A stretch of DNA of 64,000 bases from NCBI GenBank assembly GCA_902492505.1, contig CABULU010000002.1:18908-82907 (forward strand), in the 5' to 3' direction. The DNA comes from an uncultured Eubacteriales bacterium (GTDB lineage Bacteria; Bacillota; Clostridia; Oscillospirales; QAKW01). Within the stretch, counting starts at the first letter, position 1; each line of letters begins with the position of its first letter. Both the position numbers and the translations under genes were made by a program. Under the pieces are notes generated by a model that saw only the letters and a list, made by a program, of their open reading frames with translations, had not been told where the DNA came from and did not search any database. Below are positions 9,845 to 20,647 of this stretch, in pieces.

Positions 9845-10521
9845 ATTGCAAGATGAAAAATACGCTTATGGAACTGCTTGATGAAACATCAAAACGTGGT
9901 GTAAAGCTTATTGCCGTTACAAAGACGGTCCCGGTAGAAATTATAAATGAAGCTATTTCCTGCGGTGTAACTGCCATTGGTGAAAACCGTGTTCAGGAAC
10001 TGCTTGAAAAGTATAGCAGTCTTGATAAAAAAAACCTTGAAATCCATCTTATAGGCAGACTTCAGACTAATAAAGTGAAATACATAATAGATAAAGTTGA
10101 CCTTATTCACTCTGTTGACAGCTTTAAACTCGGCAGTACAATTGACAAATATGCAAAAATTAACTTAAAGGTGCAGGATGTTTTGGTTCAGGTAAATGTT
10201 GCAGGAGAACAAACCAAGGGCGGTGTAGCGCCGGGTGAGCTTGAAACTTTGCTTGTTTCACTTTCCGAACTTAAAAATATCAGGGTACGCGGACTTATGT
10301 GTATTCCGCCTGTGGAAAAAATTCCCGGCGAAAATAAGAGGTTTTTTAACCTGTTAAACAAAATGATGGTTGACAACAATAACAAAAACATAGATAATAT
10401 ATGTATGGATACTTTATCTATGGGAATGTCGGGCGATTACCGGACGGCAATTGATTGCGGCGCTACCATGGTGAGAATCGGTACAAAAATATTCGGAAAA
10501 AGAAATTATACGGAGGTTTAG
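9841..10521 (+). CDS. ylmE: YggS/YlmE-family pyridoxal-phosphate homeostasis protein
   Basis: 226 aa. 'LIAVTKTVPVEIINEAISCGVTAIGENRVQEL', 'LSMGMSGDY'. Sits upstream of sepF as in the Firmicute dcw-distal cluster. Confidence 0.85.
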   Translation: MNCKMKNTLMELLDETSKRGVKLIAVTKTVPVEIINEAISCGVTAIGENRVQELLEKYSSLDKKNLEIHLIGRLQTNKVKYIIDKVDLIHSVDSFKLGSTIDKYAKINLKVQDVLVQVNVAGEQTKGGVAPGELETLLVSLSELKNIRVRGLMCIPPVEKIPGENKRFFNLLNKMMVDNNNKNIDNICMDTLSMGMSGDYRTAIDCGATMVRIGTKIFGKRNYTEV

Positions 10522-10523
10522 CT

Positions 10524-10964
10524 ATGAGCTTTATGGATCATCTTAAAAAATTTGCAGGCGTTGAGGGTGAAGAGGAAAACGAAGAAACGAATTATGATCC
10601 TATCATCGACATGGGCAACGCGGCTGCAAAAGAGCAAAAGTCAGCTCCCGATAAAAAAGATAAAAACTATATGAATATCAATACTACGGCACAACTTCAG
10701 GTAGTGCTTGTAAAGCCTGAGGAGTTTGAAGATGCCCGTGAAATTGCCGACAACCTTATATCCAAAAGAACAGTTCTTCTCAATATTGAAAATCTGAATA
10801 AAGATCTTTCGAGACGTCTTATTGATTTTCTCAGCGGCGTGGCATACGCTCAGGGCGGTAATATAAAGCGCGTTGCCAATAGAACGTATATAATAACTCC
10901 GTACAATGTTGATATTTTAGGCGATGTGCTTGACGGTCTTAACCCGGACAGCTTTGAGTTTTAA
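10524..10964 (+). CDS. sepF: Cell division protein SepF
   Basis: Start refined to ATG 10524, with GGAGG 7 nt upstream. 'LVKPEEFEDAREIADNLISKRTVLLNIENL..AYAQGGNIKRV'. Confidence 0.85.
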   Translation: MSFMDHLKKFAGVEGEEENEETNYDPIIDMGNAAAKEQKSAPDKKDKNYMNINTTAQLQVVLVKPEEFEDAREIADNLISKRTVLLNIENLNKDLSRRLIDFLSGVAYAQGGNIKRVANRTYIITPYNVDILGDVLDGLNPDSFEF

Positions 10965-10966
10965 TA

Positions 10967-11233
10967 ATGGGCATTTTAGGATATATTAATTTAATTGCGT
11001 ATTCCGTTGTGTCTGCATTTGAGCTGATTCTTGTTATTTATTGCGTTTCCAGCTGGATTATAAGAGATCCGTTTAATAAGTTTATGCAAACACTCAGGGT
11101 TATAATAAATCCTGTGGTTGAGCCTGTGAGAAGTATACTGAGCCGCTTTGCGTTTTTCAGAAACAGCCCGATTGATTTTTCGGTTTTGATTGTTTTTATC
11201 CTATGCAGTATACTTATCAGTCTTCTGCGATAG
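10967..11233 (+). CDS. YggT-family membrane protein
   Basis: 88 aa with two TM helices, in the conserved position after sepF. Confidence 0.75.
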   Translation: MGILGYINLIAYSVVSAFELILVIYCVSSWIIRDPFNKFMQTLRVIINPVVEPVRSILSRFAFFRNSPIDFSVLIVFILCSILISLLR

Positions 11234-11238
11234 TAACA

Positions 11239-11976
11239 ATGATTGAACAAGGATCGCTGCTTTTGGCAAGAACGGATGATTTGATTCGCTGCGCTGATAA
11301 AAAAGGCATGGTATTCACCCATTTTTTAAGCGAAAGCGAGCTTGCCGTTGTTATGCCTTTGATATCAGGAAGCGGATTTAATTATAGTGTTTTCGGCGGA
11401 TATGACGATGCGCAGCGCTGTATTATAGGCATATCATCCTGTAATACGCCCTTGCATGAGTGGTTTCCGTTGAGGACGCTGCGTTTTAAGTTAGATTCTC
11501 GGCTGAACATTGTTCATCGTGATGTATTGGGTGCGCTTATGTCCTTAGGAATAAAGCGCGAGCTGATTGGTGATATATTATTTGCAGACGGATACTGTTA
11601 CTTTTTTGCCGAATCTTCAATTGCAGATTATATTATTAGCAATTTTTCGGGCGTTGCAAACAATTCTGTGGTGCCCGAGATATTTGACGGAGAAATCCGT
11701 TATAAAAAGGTGTATGAGGAGTTGACGTGCACTGTTACTTCTATGCGTCTTGATTGTATGACTGAGGCTGTGACTGCACGTTCGCGTTCAGAGGCGGAAA
11801 ACATGGTGTTGACCGGCACTGTCAGGTTAAACGGTATAGAAAACAGAAAGAAAGACGCACAGTTAAAATGTGGGGATATTTTAACTGTCAGGCGTTTCGG
11901 TAAGTATCGGATTGATTCTGTAATAGGTACTACCAAAAAAGGAAGAATGAGGATAAGGATTTTAAAATACAGTTAA
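11239..11976 (+). CDS. ylmH: YlmH-like RNA-binding protein (S4 domain)
   Basis: Start refined to ATG 11239, just after the yggT stop. C-terminal S4-like 'RLDCMTEAVTARSRSEAENMVLTGTVRLNG'. Synteny supports the call. Confidence 0.7.
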   Translation: MIEQGSLLLARTDDLIRCADKKGMVFTHFLSESELAVVMPLISGSGFNYSVFGGYDDAQRCIIGISSCNTPLHEWFPLRTLRFKLDSRLNIVHRDVLGALMSLGIKRELIGDILFADGYCYFFAESSIADYIISNFSGVANNSVVPEIFDGEIRYKKVYEELTCTVTSMRLDCMTEAVTARSRSEAENMVLTGTVRLNGIENRKKDAQLKCGDILTVRRFGKYRIDSVIGTTKKGRMRIRILKYS

Positions 11977-11985
11977 GGGGTTGAA

Positions 11986-12879
11986 ATGATGTTAAAGCCT
12001 GAGGAATTGAGAAATGAAGAATTTGAGGTAAGCGTACTGGGCGGTTATAAGCGTGAGGCTGTGGACGTATTCTTTAAAACAGTTGCTGACGATTATGAAA
12101 AGCTTTACAGCGAAAATGCCGAGCTTGTTCAAAAGCTTAAAGTTTGCGTCAGCAAAATTGAGGAATACAGAAAAGACGAGCAGTTTTTAAAAACCGCTAT
12201 TATAAATGCAGAAAAATTGAATGAAAATACACTGCGGGATATTGAAAATAGAGAAAAAGAGGCTGAACGTACTGCAAAGGAAACGGCGGAAAACATTTTG
12301 TCCCGTGCAAAAACAGAAGCTGAGAACATAGTTAAAAGAGCAAGGCTTGATTCAGAAGAATCGATACGCGCATATGAAATAAATGCCGACAGAAAAATAA
12401 ATGAAATCAAACGCAGTGTTCAGGCTGAAGAGCATAAGTTGGAGCTTATGAAAAAAGAAGTATCTGATTTTAAGGATACTTTATTTAAAATTTATAAGCA
12501 GCATTTGAGCTCAATAAGCAAGCTGCCGTCTTTGGCTAAGGAAGCGATGACCGAGCAGGATGAAAAAAAAGAGCACGATACAGAGCCTGAACAGCCTACG
12601 GAAATAAAAGAAAGTCCTGTTAAAGCCAATAATGAAACGTCCGTCAGCACCGAGAACCAAGCGTCGGATGTAAAACCGTCGACTGTAAATCACGAGGACG
12701 CGGATAGGATTCCAGTGTTTGCCGGTAATATGGCAAATAATGAAAAAACGGCTGAATTTGTAATAGAAAAAAAACAAAAGCAAAATGAGGACAGCAGGCT
12801 TCACGAAATGTTTGATAACAGCTTTAAGTTTAAAGATTTAAAATTCGGTACTGATTTTGATTTGAATAAAGATGAGTAG
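11986..12879 (+). CDS. divIVA: DivIVA-domain cell-division protein
   Basis: N-terminus 'LKPEELRNEEFEVSVLGGYKREAVDVFF', then a coiled coil and a long acidic low-complexity tail. Confidence 0.8.
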   Translation: MMLKPEELRNEEFEVSVLGGYKREAVDVFFKTVADDYEKLYSENAELVQKLKVCVSKIEEYRKDEQFLKTAIINAEKLNENTLRDIENREKEAERTAKETAENILSRAKTEAENIVKRARLDSEESIRAYEINADRKINEIKRSVQAEEHKLELMKKEVSDFKDTLFKIYKQHLSSISKLPSLAKEAMTEQDEKKEHDTEPEQPTEIKESPVKANNETSVSTENQASDVKPSTVNHEDADRIPVFAGNMANNEKTAEFVIEKKQKQNEDSRLHEMFDNSFKFKDLKFGTDFDLNKDE

Positions 12880-12891
12880 AAATTACTGAAT

Positions 12892-13419
12892 ATGACTGAA
12901 AAAATAAATTCAAAAATAATGTTGCGGCAAATAATGTGGATTTTAGCGACAGCTGCAATCGTTGCCTTGGATCAGATTACTAAGTATCTTGTTGTAAAAA
13001 ATATGGAATTATATGATGAAATTCCGGTTATCCCGGGCTTTTTTGGCTTAAATTATGTGCGCAATAAGGGCGCAGGGCTTGGAATTTTGTCTGGAGCCCG
13101 CTGGATATTTATGATAGTTACAACAGTGGTAATTATTGTTGTTACGGCCTTACTTTTTATTGATTTTTTTAAAAGCCGTCTGGCAGATACGGCACTTGTG
13201 TTTATACTTGCCGGAGGTGTCGGAAATATGATTGATCGCATTTTTTTAGGTGAGGTTGTGGATTTTTTTCAGTTTCAGATTAAACTTTTTGATTTTATTT
13301 TTAATGTGGCGGATGTATTTGTAACCTTCGGCACAGTGTTATTTGTTATATATTATCTTTTTTATTACGGAAAAGATAAGGAAAAAACGGATGTCAAACA
13401 GCAGCTTGAGCAAAATTGA
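12892..13419 (+). CDS. lspA: Lipoprotein signal peptidase II
   Basis: 175 aa. 'NKGAGLGI', 'GGVGNMIDRI', 'VVDFF'. Confidence 0.88.
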   Translation: MTEKINSKIMLRQIMWILATAAIVALDQITKYLVVKNMELYDEIPVIPGFFGLNYVRNKGAGLGILSGARWIFMIVTTVVIIVVTALLFIDFFKSRLADTALVFILAGGVGNMIDRIFLGEVVDFFQFQIKLFDFIFNVADVFVTFGTVLFVIYYLFYYGKDKEKTDVKQQLEQN

Positions 13420-14335
13420 ATTTATTGTTGATGAACAAGGCAGCTTTACGAGATTGGATAAGCTGCTTTGTTTGCGTATGCCGGAATTTACAAGAAATAA
13501 ACTTGTAACAATGATTGAGTCTGGGAATGTAACAGTAAACGGAAAAAATACCTTAAAAAATTATAAGACAAGATTAGGTGATAAAATCTGTGTTGAGATT
13601 GTCAAAGCACGTGAATTTGAAGCCTGTGCAGAAAACATACCGTTGGATATCATATATGAAGACGGCGATATAATTGTTGTAAACAAACCCAAGGGAATGG
13701 TTGTTCATCCTGCACACGGCAATGAGTCGGGTACGCTTGTAAATGCTCTTTTATATCATTGTAAAAATTCACTTTCCGGAATAAACGGGATAATGCGTCC
13801 CGGAATTGTCCACCGTATAGATAAGGATACAAGCGGGCTTATTGTTGCTGCAAAAAATGACTCTGCCCATAATTCTCTTGCTTTGCAGTTTAAGAAACAC
13901 ACTATAACAAGAGAATACCGTGCAATAGTATACGGCGTATTAAAGGAAGATAAGGGCGAAGTATGCAAGCCTGTCGGACGTCATCGAACGGAACGTAAAA
14001 AGATGTCGTGTAACACAAATACGGTAAATCCGAAACTCGCAGTAACACATTTTGAGGTTATTGAAAGATGCAACGGTTTTACTTATATTAAATGCAGACT
14101 TGAAACCGGCAGGACGCATCAGATTCGTGTGCATATGTCCGATATGGGTCATTTTATTATCGGCGACAGTGTTTACGGCAGAAAGGTATCGAAAATCAAT
14201 ATTGATTTTGAAGGTCAGTGCCTGCATGCTAAAAATTTGGGATTTGTTCACCCGTCAACCGGACGATATATGCTGTTTGACAGCGAGCTGCCTGACTATT
14301 TTAAAACCACGCTAAATAAAATACGCAGACTTTAA
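13391..14335 (+). CDS. rluD: RluA-family 23S rRNA pseudouridine synthase (RluD-like)
   Basis: Start refined to ATG 13391. S4 domain plus catalytic 'HRIDKDTSGL' and 'GRTHQIRVH'. Confidence 0.88.
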   Translation: MSNSSLSKIEFIVDEQGSFTRLDKLLCLRMPEFTRNKLVTMIESGNVTVNGKNTLKNYKTRLGDKICVEIVKAREFEACAENIPLDIIYEDGDIIVVNKPKGMVVHPAHGNESGTLVNALLYHCKNSLSGINGIMRPGIVHRIDKDTSGLIVAAKNDSAHNSLALQFKKHTITREYRAIVYGVLKEDKGEVCKPVGRHRTERKKMSCNTNTVNPKLAVTHFEVIERCNGFTYIKCRLETGRTHQIRVHMSDMGHFIIGDSVYGRKVSKINIDFEGQCLHAKNLGFVHPSTGRYMLFDSELPDYFKTTLNKIRRL

Positions 14336-14383
14336 AAGCAACAAGCTTTATTGTGAATTTTTTACTAATTTTAGCATTAGCTA

Positions 14384-14412
14384 TTTACAAAAGAACAGAT
14401 TTTTAATATTAT
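14384..14412 (+). promoter_or_regulatory. Putative sigma-A promoter for pyrH-frr
   Basis: TTTACA, 17 nt, TATTAT in the 153-bp spacer upstream of pyrH. Confidence 0.35.
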
Positions 14413-14488
14413 TATATAAGCGTTTTAAGCAATTTTGGAGTGTGTAATGATATTGTTATGCGTATAAAAGGTAAAAAGGAGTTAAAAA

Positions 14489-15223
14489 ATGGGAGAAAAG
14501 CTGGCATATAACAGAATATTGCTGAAATTGAGCGGAGAGGCGCTTTCGGGAGATAAAGGAACCGGCATTGATTTTGATTATGTACTGAAGGTTTCTGAAA
14601 CTATTAAAAAATGCGTTGAAATTGGAGCTCAGATAACAATTGTTGTCGGTGGCGGAAACTATTGGCGCGGACGCAGTAATCAGCACATGGACAGGACAAG
14701 GGCGGATCATATAGGTATGCTTGCAACCGCAATGAATGCACTGACGCTTCTTGATGGATTATCTCAGGTTGGTGTTGACGCGCGTGTGCAGACTGCCATT
14801 GAGATGCGTCAGATAGCAGAGCCGTATATTCGCAACAGGGCGGTAAGACATCTGGAAAAGGGCAGAGTCGTTATATTCGGATGCGGCACCGGCAATCCGT
14901 TTTTTTCAACAGATACATGCGCAGCTCTTCGTGCGGCGGAAATAGATGCGGATATCATTTTTAAGGCAACCAATGTTGACGGTGTTTATACCGCTGATCC
15001 TAAAAAGGATTCCGGCGCTAAAAAATACAGTGAGTTGAGTTTTATAGACGTTCTGAAAGACGAGCTTAAGGTTATGGATATGTCGGCAGCCGCCATGTGC
15101 AATGATAATAACATTCCGATTTTAGTTTTTGATCTTTCAGACCCTGACAATATCATTCGCGCTCTAAAGGGCGAGAAAATAGGAACAATTGTACACAGAG
15201 GAGGAACTACCCATGTCGAATAA
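14489..15223 (+). CDS. pyrH: UMP kinase
   Basis: 244 aa. '[10 protein letters not shown]', '[10 protein letters not shown]', '[11 protein letters not shown]'. Confidence 0.95.
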   Translation: MGEKLAYNRILLKLSGEALSGDKGTGIDFDYVLKVSETIKKCVEIGAQITIVVGGGNYWRGRSNQHMDRTRADHIGMLATAMNALTLLDGLSQVGVDARVQTAIEMRQIAEPYIRNRAVRHLEKGRVVIFGCGTGNPFFSTDTCAALRAAEIDADIIFKATNVDGVYTADPKKDSGAKKYSELSFIDVLKDELKVMDMSAAAMCNDNNIPILVFDLSDPDNIIRALKGEKIGTIVHRGGTTHVE

Positions 15224-15767
15224 GTATCCCGAAATCGAAGAAAAAATGAACAAGGCATTAAACGTTCTCAACGAGCAGCTGCATACGCTGAGAGCAGGCA
15301 GAGCTAATGCTGCCGTACTTGATAAGATACGAGTGGAGTACTACGGAAGCATGTCTAAAATCAGCGAGGTTGCCGCAGTCAGCGTGCCTGAGCCGAGAAT
15401 GCTTGTTATTCAGCCGTGGGACGCTTCACTGATAAAAGAGATCGAAAAGGCTATTCAAACCTCTGATATAGGTATAAATCCCGCAAATGACGGAAAAGTT
15501 ATCCGTTTAATTTTTCCCCAGCCGACAGAAGAACGTCGTAGAGAGCTTGTTAGGGATTCTAAAAAGTACGGTGAAGATGCAAAAATTGCCGTAAGAAACA
15601 TCAGACGTGATTTTATTGAAAGATATAAGAAAATGCAGAAAAATAACGAGATAACCGAAGATGACCTGAAAGCGGTTGAAGCGGATATTCAAAAAATGAC
15701 TGACAGCTTTACCAAAAATATAGACGCTGTTATTTCCGATAAGGAAAAGGAAATTATGGCTGTCTGA
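15213..15767 (+). CDS. frr: Ribosome recycling factor
   Basis: Start refined to ATG 15213, with GGAGGA upstream. '[20 protein letters not shown]'. Confidence 0.93.
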   Translation: MSNKYPEIEEKMNKALNVLNEQLHTLRAGRANAAVLDKIRVEYYGSMSKISEVAAVSVPEPRMLVIQPWDASLIKEIEKAIQTSDIGINPANDGKVIRLIFPQPTEERRRELVRDSKKYGEDAKIAVRNIRRDFIERYKKMQKNNEITEDDLKAVEADIQKMTDSFTKNIDAVISDKEKEIMAV

Positions 15768-15794
15768 TTTTGCAGCTTAAGGAGCGAAGTTTTA

Positions 15795-16532
15795 ATGCTC
15801 AAATCAGGAAGAGATGAAATCAAAGCGGACAGAAGCTGTCTGCCAAATCATGTTGGCATTATTATGGACGGTAACGGTCGCTGGGCAAAGAAACGCGGAT
15901 TGCCGCGTACCGCCGGACATGCGGTCGGCGTTAAAGTCTTTAAAAAGATTGTGTTTTATGCCAAGGATATGGGACTTAAAAATTTGACGGTTTTTGCATT
16001 CTCTTCGGAGAATTGGAAACGTCCCGAGCGTGAGATAAATAGGATAATGCAGCTCCTTGACCAAATGCTCGACGAGGCGCTTGAAGATTTTTTGAATCAG
16101 AAAGTACGTATACGGTTTTTGGGAGACAGGAGCCGCATCGGACAAAAGCTGCTTGAAAAGATGGAGCTTGTGACTAATTTGACTGCGCAATTTTCCGATA
16201 CCACACTTTATATTGCGTTGAATTACGGCGGACGGCAGGAGATAGTTTTTGCCGCCCGCAAAATAGCTTTAGATTTGAAAAACGGTTTAATCACTGAAAG
16301 TGATATTACTGTCGAAAATTTTGGCAAATATCTTTATTACGACGATTTGGAAAGTATAGATTTAGTAATACGTCCGAGCGGAGAACAGCGGTTATCTAAC
16401 TTTTTGCTTTGGCAGTCAGCATACGCTGAATTTTGGTACTCTGATGTGCTGTGGCCTGACTTTACACCCGAGCATCTTGAGCAGGCAATTTATGACTATC
16501 AGCTGAGAAATAGGAGATTCGGAGGAATATGA
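15795..16532 (+). CDS. uppS: Undecaprenyl-diphosphate synthase
   Basis: 'HVGIIMDGNGRWA', 'IRPSGEQRLSNFLLWQSAYAEF'. Confidence 0.93.
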   Translation: MLKSGRDEIKADRSCLPNHVGIIMDGNGRWAKKRGLPRTAGHAVGVKVFKKIVFYAKDMGLKNLTVFAFSSENWKRPEREINRIMQLLDQMLDEALEDFLNQKVRIRFLGDRSRIGQKLLEKMELVTNLTAQFSDTTLYIALNYGGRQEIVFAARKIALDLKNGLITESDITVENFGKYLYYDDLESIDLVIRPSGEQRLSNFLLWQSAYAEFWYSDVLWPDFTPEHLEQAIYDYQLRNRRFGGI

Positions 16533-17374
16533 AAAATTTTCTTACAAGACTTTTGACGTCGGTTTTAATATTGGCGATTTTTGGCGTTATGGTAATTGCA
16601 TCGTTTCATCGTTATGTATTTGAGTTAACAGTATCACTGATTTCTATGATGTGTATTTACGAGGCTGTTAACGCTATAGGCTTTGCAAAGTGCAAGCGTT
16701 TTCTTGTGCCGAGCCTTATTTACGCTTTTTTTGTTCCGCTTTCCTTTCTGCTTGTTGAGCATATAAATAAAAGTCCGTATTATCTCATAATTATCCTGAC
16801 TTTTATTTATATGATTTCATTTATTCTCATATCGATGCTCAATTTTAATAAAATTAAGTTTAACGATGCTGCGACAATAATGTTTGTTTCGCTTGTCATA
16901 ACCTGCTTTCTGTCAAACATAATATTGTTAAGACGGATGAATGAGCACGGACTGTTTTATATGCTGCTTGTTATAGTTTGTTTTTCATGGGCTACGGATG
17001 TTTTTGCTTATCTTGTCGGCATGTGCATAGGCAAGCATAGATTTGCACCTAATATCAGTCCCAAAAAAACGATTGAGGGTTCGGTAGGCGGCAGTGTTAT
17101 TTCGGTTGCGGTAACGTTTGCCGCTCTCATGATTTATAAAAACATTACCGGCGTATCCGTGAACTTCCCTTTGGCTTTAATCTATGCTCTGATTTGTTCT
17201 ATAGTAGGACAAATAGGTGATCTTGCGTTTTCATATATCAAGCGCAGCTATAAAATTAAGGATTTCGGTAATCTTCTTCCGGGACACGGCGGCGTTTTGG
17301 ACAGACTGGACAGCTTGATTTTTCTGTCTCCGTTTTTCTATATGCTGATAACTTTTAAGGAATTTTTAGTTTAG
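16529..17374 (+). CDS. cdsA: Phosphatidate cytidylyltransferase
   Basis: 281-aa polytopic protein. 'SYIKRSYKIKDFGNLLPGHGGVLDRLDS'. Confidence 0.88.
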   Translation: MKNFLTRLLTSVLILAIFGVMVIASFHRYVFELTVSLISMMCIYEAVNAIGFAKCKRFLVPSLIYAFFVPLSFLLVEHINKSPYYLIIILTFIYMISFILISMLNFNKIKFNDAATIMFVSLVITCFLSNIILLRRMNEHGLFYMLLVIVCFSWATDVFAYLVGMCIGKHRFAPNISPKKTIEGSVGGSVISVAVTFAALMIYKNITGVSVNFPLALIYALICSIVGQIGDLAFSYIKRSYKIKDFGNLLPGHGGVLDRLDSLIFLSPFFYMLITFKEFLV

Positions 17375-17384
17375 GTAAAAAATT

Positions 17385-18530
17385 ATGACTACTGTTTCCA
17401 TTCTCGGTTCAACAGGTTCGATCGGCAGACAGACTCTTGATGTCTGCCGAGATTTAAATATCAAGGTAAATGCAATCTGTGCATGTAAAAATATAGACTT
17501 ATTGGAGCGTCAGGCGCGTGAATTTAATGTAAAGCTTGTAAGTGTCTATGATAATACTGTGTACGGTGAGCTTAAAAGCCGCCTCGCGGATACCAACGTG
17601 TGCGTCATGTGCGGCTATGAGGGAAACATTGCAGTAGCTGAGTTTGCCGGCAGCCAGACGGTTATAGCGGCGATGTCAGGCATGATTGGTCTTATTCCGA
17701 CTATTGCCGCTGTCAAAGCGTCAAAACGTATTGGGATTGCTAACAAGGAAACACTCGTATGCGCAGGTCATATAATTATGCCGCTTGCAAGGGAGCATCA
17801 TGCTCAGATAATACCTGTTGATTCGGAACACAGTGCTATTTTTCAGTGTCTTAACGGCAGAGCGGGTAATAAAATCAGGAAAATAATGCTGACAGCGTCA
17901 GGCGGTCCTTTTTACGGAAAGAATAGAAATGAGCTTGAAAACGTAAGAAAGGAGGATGCCTTGCGCCATCCCAATTGGTCAATGGGTCCTAAAATCACTA
18001 TCGACAGCGCTACTCTTATGAACAAGGGGCTTGAGATGATTGAAGCCAAATGGCTTTTTGATATTGATATAGATGATATAGAGGTTCTTATACACAGAGA
18101 GAGTATTATTCATTCCGCTGTGGAATTTGAAGATAATTCAGTAATAGCTCAGCTCAGTGTACCTCAGATGTATCTGCCTATAAAATATGCGCTGACTTAT
18201 CCTAAACGCGTCGCAAGCGGTTCTCACAGCTTGTCTCTTGCCGGAAAAACACTGCATTTTGACTTTCCGGACAGACAGAATTTCAGATGTTTGGATCTTG
18301 CGGTTTCCGCCTCAAAGCTCGGCGGTTTTTACCCGGCAATCATGAACGCTGCAAACGAACAGGCAGTCGCGCTTTTTTTAAATAATAAAATTAAGTTCCT
18401 TGAAATAGCGGATATAATTGAAAAGTCAATTAATGGTATAAAATATACGGCAGATATAGATGACATAAATGCCGTAATCAAAGCGGATAGGATTACACGC
18501 CGCTTTGTTTTAAATATGGTAGGAGAGTAA
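17385..18530 (+). CDS. dxr: 1-deoxy-D-xylulose-5-phosphate reductoisomerase
   Basis: 'ILGSTGSIGRQTL', 'NKETLVCAG', 'DSEHSAIFQC'. Confidence 0.95.
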   Translation: MTTVSILGSTGSIGRQTLDVCRDLNIKVNAICACKNIDLLERQAREFNVKLVSVYDNTVYGELKSRLADTNVCVMCGYEGNIAVAEFAGSQTVIAAMSGMIGLIPTIAAVKASKRIGIANKETLVCAGHIIMPLAREHHAQIIPVDSEHSAIFQCLNGRAGNKIRKIMLTASGGPFYGKNRNELENVRKEDALRHPNWSMGPKITIDSATLMNKGLEMIEAKWLFDIDIDDIEVLIHRESIIHSAVEFEDNSVIAQLSVPQMYLPIKYALTYPKRVASGSHSLSLAGKTLHFDFPDRQNFRCLDLAVSASKLGGFYPAIMNAANEQAVALFLNNKIKFLEIADIIEKSINGIKYTADIDDINAVIKADRITRRFVLNMVGE

Positions 18531-18533
18531 ATC

Positions 18534-19571
18534 ATGCAGATTTTACAGACAGTTTTATACATCGTTGTTACATTGCTTGTATTCGGTGTTTTGATTTTAG
18601 CACACGAGGCGGGACATTTCTTTGTTGCCAAGGCATGCAAGGTTAAGATTAATGAATTCTCAATAGGTATGGGTCCGGCTGTTTTTAAAAAGCAGGGAAA
18701 GGAGACCCTTTACAGCATTCGCGCACTGCCTATCGGAGGATATGTCCAGATGGACGGCGAGGACGGCGACGGCACCGATGAAAATTCATTTAATAAAAAG
18801 CCGTACTGGCAACGGTTTCTTGTTCTTGTCACAGGCGCTTTTATGAATATATTATTAGGATTTATCCTGATTTGCATAATAAATTCTTTTTCAAAGCTGA
18901 TGCCTACTACGGTTATAGCTAAGTTTGACGACGGCGCCGTTTCGGCGCAAAGCGGCTTGAAAGAAAACGATAAGATTTTGAAAATCAATAATTACGGGGT
19001 AAACAGTTATCTTGATATTACTTACGGTCTGGCAACAGCGGGTACAGAACCTGTATCTGTCACGGTAGAGCGTGATGGTGAAACTGTTGTGTTAAACAAT
19101 GTTCAATTTCCCGTTGCGCAGGATGATAACGTAGGAGAATACTTAACGCTTGACTTTATGGTATTTGGTAAACATCCGTCATTTTTAAGTACGGTTAAAT
19201 ATTCGTTTGATTGGACAGTTTCAATTTCCAAATCTATTTATTCGTTTTTCGGTACTTTGTTTACAGGCCAGGCGGATTTAAACCAGATATCCGGTCCGGT
19301 AGGTACTACAACGGCTATCGGTGAAAGCGTAAAGGTTGGGCTGGACTCACTTTTACTTGTTGTGGCTTTAATATCCATTAATCTGGGAATAGTGAATCTT
19401 TTGCCGTTTCCCGCACTTGACGGCGGTCGTATCCTGTTTCTCGCAATCGAGGCTATACGCAGAAAACCTATAAGCCAGAAAGTCGAATATGCCGTTAATG
19501 CGACTGGGCTGCTACTTTTACTTGCACTTATGGCTGTAATTACTATAAAGGATGTAATACATTTATTTTAA
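18534..19571 (+). CDS. rseP: RIP metalloprotease RseP/RasP (site-2 protease)
   Basis: 'HEAGHF' zinc motif, a single PDZ-like region, 'NLLPFPALDGGR'. Confidence 0.88.
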   Translation: MQILQTVLYIVVTLLVFGVLILAHEAGHFFVAKACKVKINEFSIGMGPAVFKKQGKETLYSIRALPIGGYVQMDGEDGDGTDENSFNKKPYWQRFLVLVTGAFMNILLGFILICIINSFSKLMPTTVIAKFDDGAVSAQSGLKENDKILKINNYGVNSYLDITYGLATAGTEPVSVTVERDGETVVLNNVQFPVAQDDNVGEYLTLDFMVFGKHPSFLSTVKYSFDWTVSISKSIYSFFGTLFTGQADLNQISGPVGTTTAIGESVKVGLDSLLLVVALISINLGIVNLLPFPALDGGRILFLAIEAIRRKPISQKVEYAVNATGLLLLLALMAVITIKDVIHLF

Positions 19572-19590
19572 ATTTAAGGAAATATAAGCT

Positions 19591-20625
19591 TTGAAAACTG
19601 TTAAAATCGGAAATTTAATTTTGGGTGATAAACGCGAGATTTATGTTCAGTCTATGCTGTCTACACGCAGAGACGATATCGACGGCGCCATATTGCAGGC
19701 AAAGAATCTGGAAGCCGCAGGCTGCCGCATACTAAGGCTTGCAGTTCCCGACATTGATTCCGTAAATACTGTATATGCACTAAAAAAAAATATAGGAATG
19801 CCGATAGTGGCAGATATACATTTTGATTATAAGCTTGCCCTTGAATGTGTGGCGGCCGGTGTTGATAAGATACGAATAAATCCCGGTAATATAGGCAATG
19901 ACGAAAAAGTTCATGCAGTTGCACGTGCATGTTCTACAGCAGGAGTGCCAATACGTATTGGTGTGAACGGCGGTTCGCTTGAAAAAAAAATTCTCGCAAA
20001 ATACGGAGGACCGACTGAAAAAGCACTTGTTGAAAGCGCTCTTTATCATGTATCGCTGCTTGAAAAATTTGACTTTGACGATATAGTTATTTCCATTAAA
20101 TCATCTGATGTAAAGACTATGATAAACGCTTACAGAAGCTTAGCATCATTATGTGATTATCCTTTGCATCTCGGTGTTACCGAAGCGGGAACTTACAAAA
20201 TGGGCGTTATTAAAAACGCGATAGGTATAGGCGCACTTCTTGCAGACGGCATTGGTGATACGATCCGTGTTTCACTGACTGCGGAGCCAGTGCTTGAGGT
20301 AAAAGCAGGATATGATATACTGCGTGCTCTCGGTCTCTGCAAAACTAATGTTCAGTTTATATCCTGTCCGACCTGCGGAAGATGCCAGATTGATCTTATA
20401 CCGCTTGCCGAAAGAATAGAAGCAGCCCTTGAGGGCTGCAAGAAAAATATTAAGGTTGCTGTCATGGGATGTGCAGTCAACGGTCCGGGGGAAGCGCGTG
20501 AAGCGGATATAGGCATTGCCGGAGGCCGTGATGAAGGGCTTATATTTAAAAAGGGTGAAATTCTGAGGAAAGTGCCTTACGACAGGCTTTTTGATGAATT
20601 TATGAAGGAAATAGATAAATTATAG
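19591..20625 (+). CDS. ispG: 4-hydroxy-3-methylbut-2-enyl-diphosphate synthase
   Basis: TTG start. 'ADIHFDY', C-terminal Fe-S motif 'CPTCGRC...GCAVNGPGEA'. Confidence 0.93.
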   Translation: MKTVKIGNLILGDKREIYVQSMLSTRRDDIDGAILQAKNLEAAGCRILRLAVPDIDSVNTVYALKKNIGMPIVADIHFDYKLALECVAAGVDKIRINPGNIGNDEKVHAVARACSTAGVPIRIGVNGGSLEKKILAKYGGPTEKALVESALYHVSLLEKFDFDDIVISIKSSDVKTMINAYRSLASLCDYPLHLGVTEAGTYKMGVIKNAIGIGALLADGIGDTIRVSLTAEPVLEVKAGYDILRALGLCKTNVQFISCPTCGRCQIDLIPLAERIEAALEGCKKNIKVAVMGCAVNGPGEAREADIGIAGGRDEGLIFKKGEILRKVPYDRLFDEFMKEIDKL

Positions 20626-20647
20626 GATAATTTAACAGGTAATATAA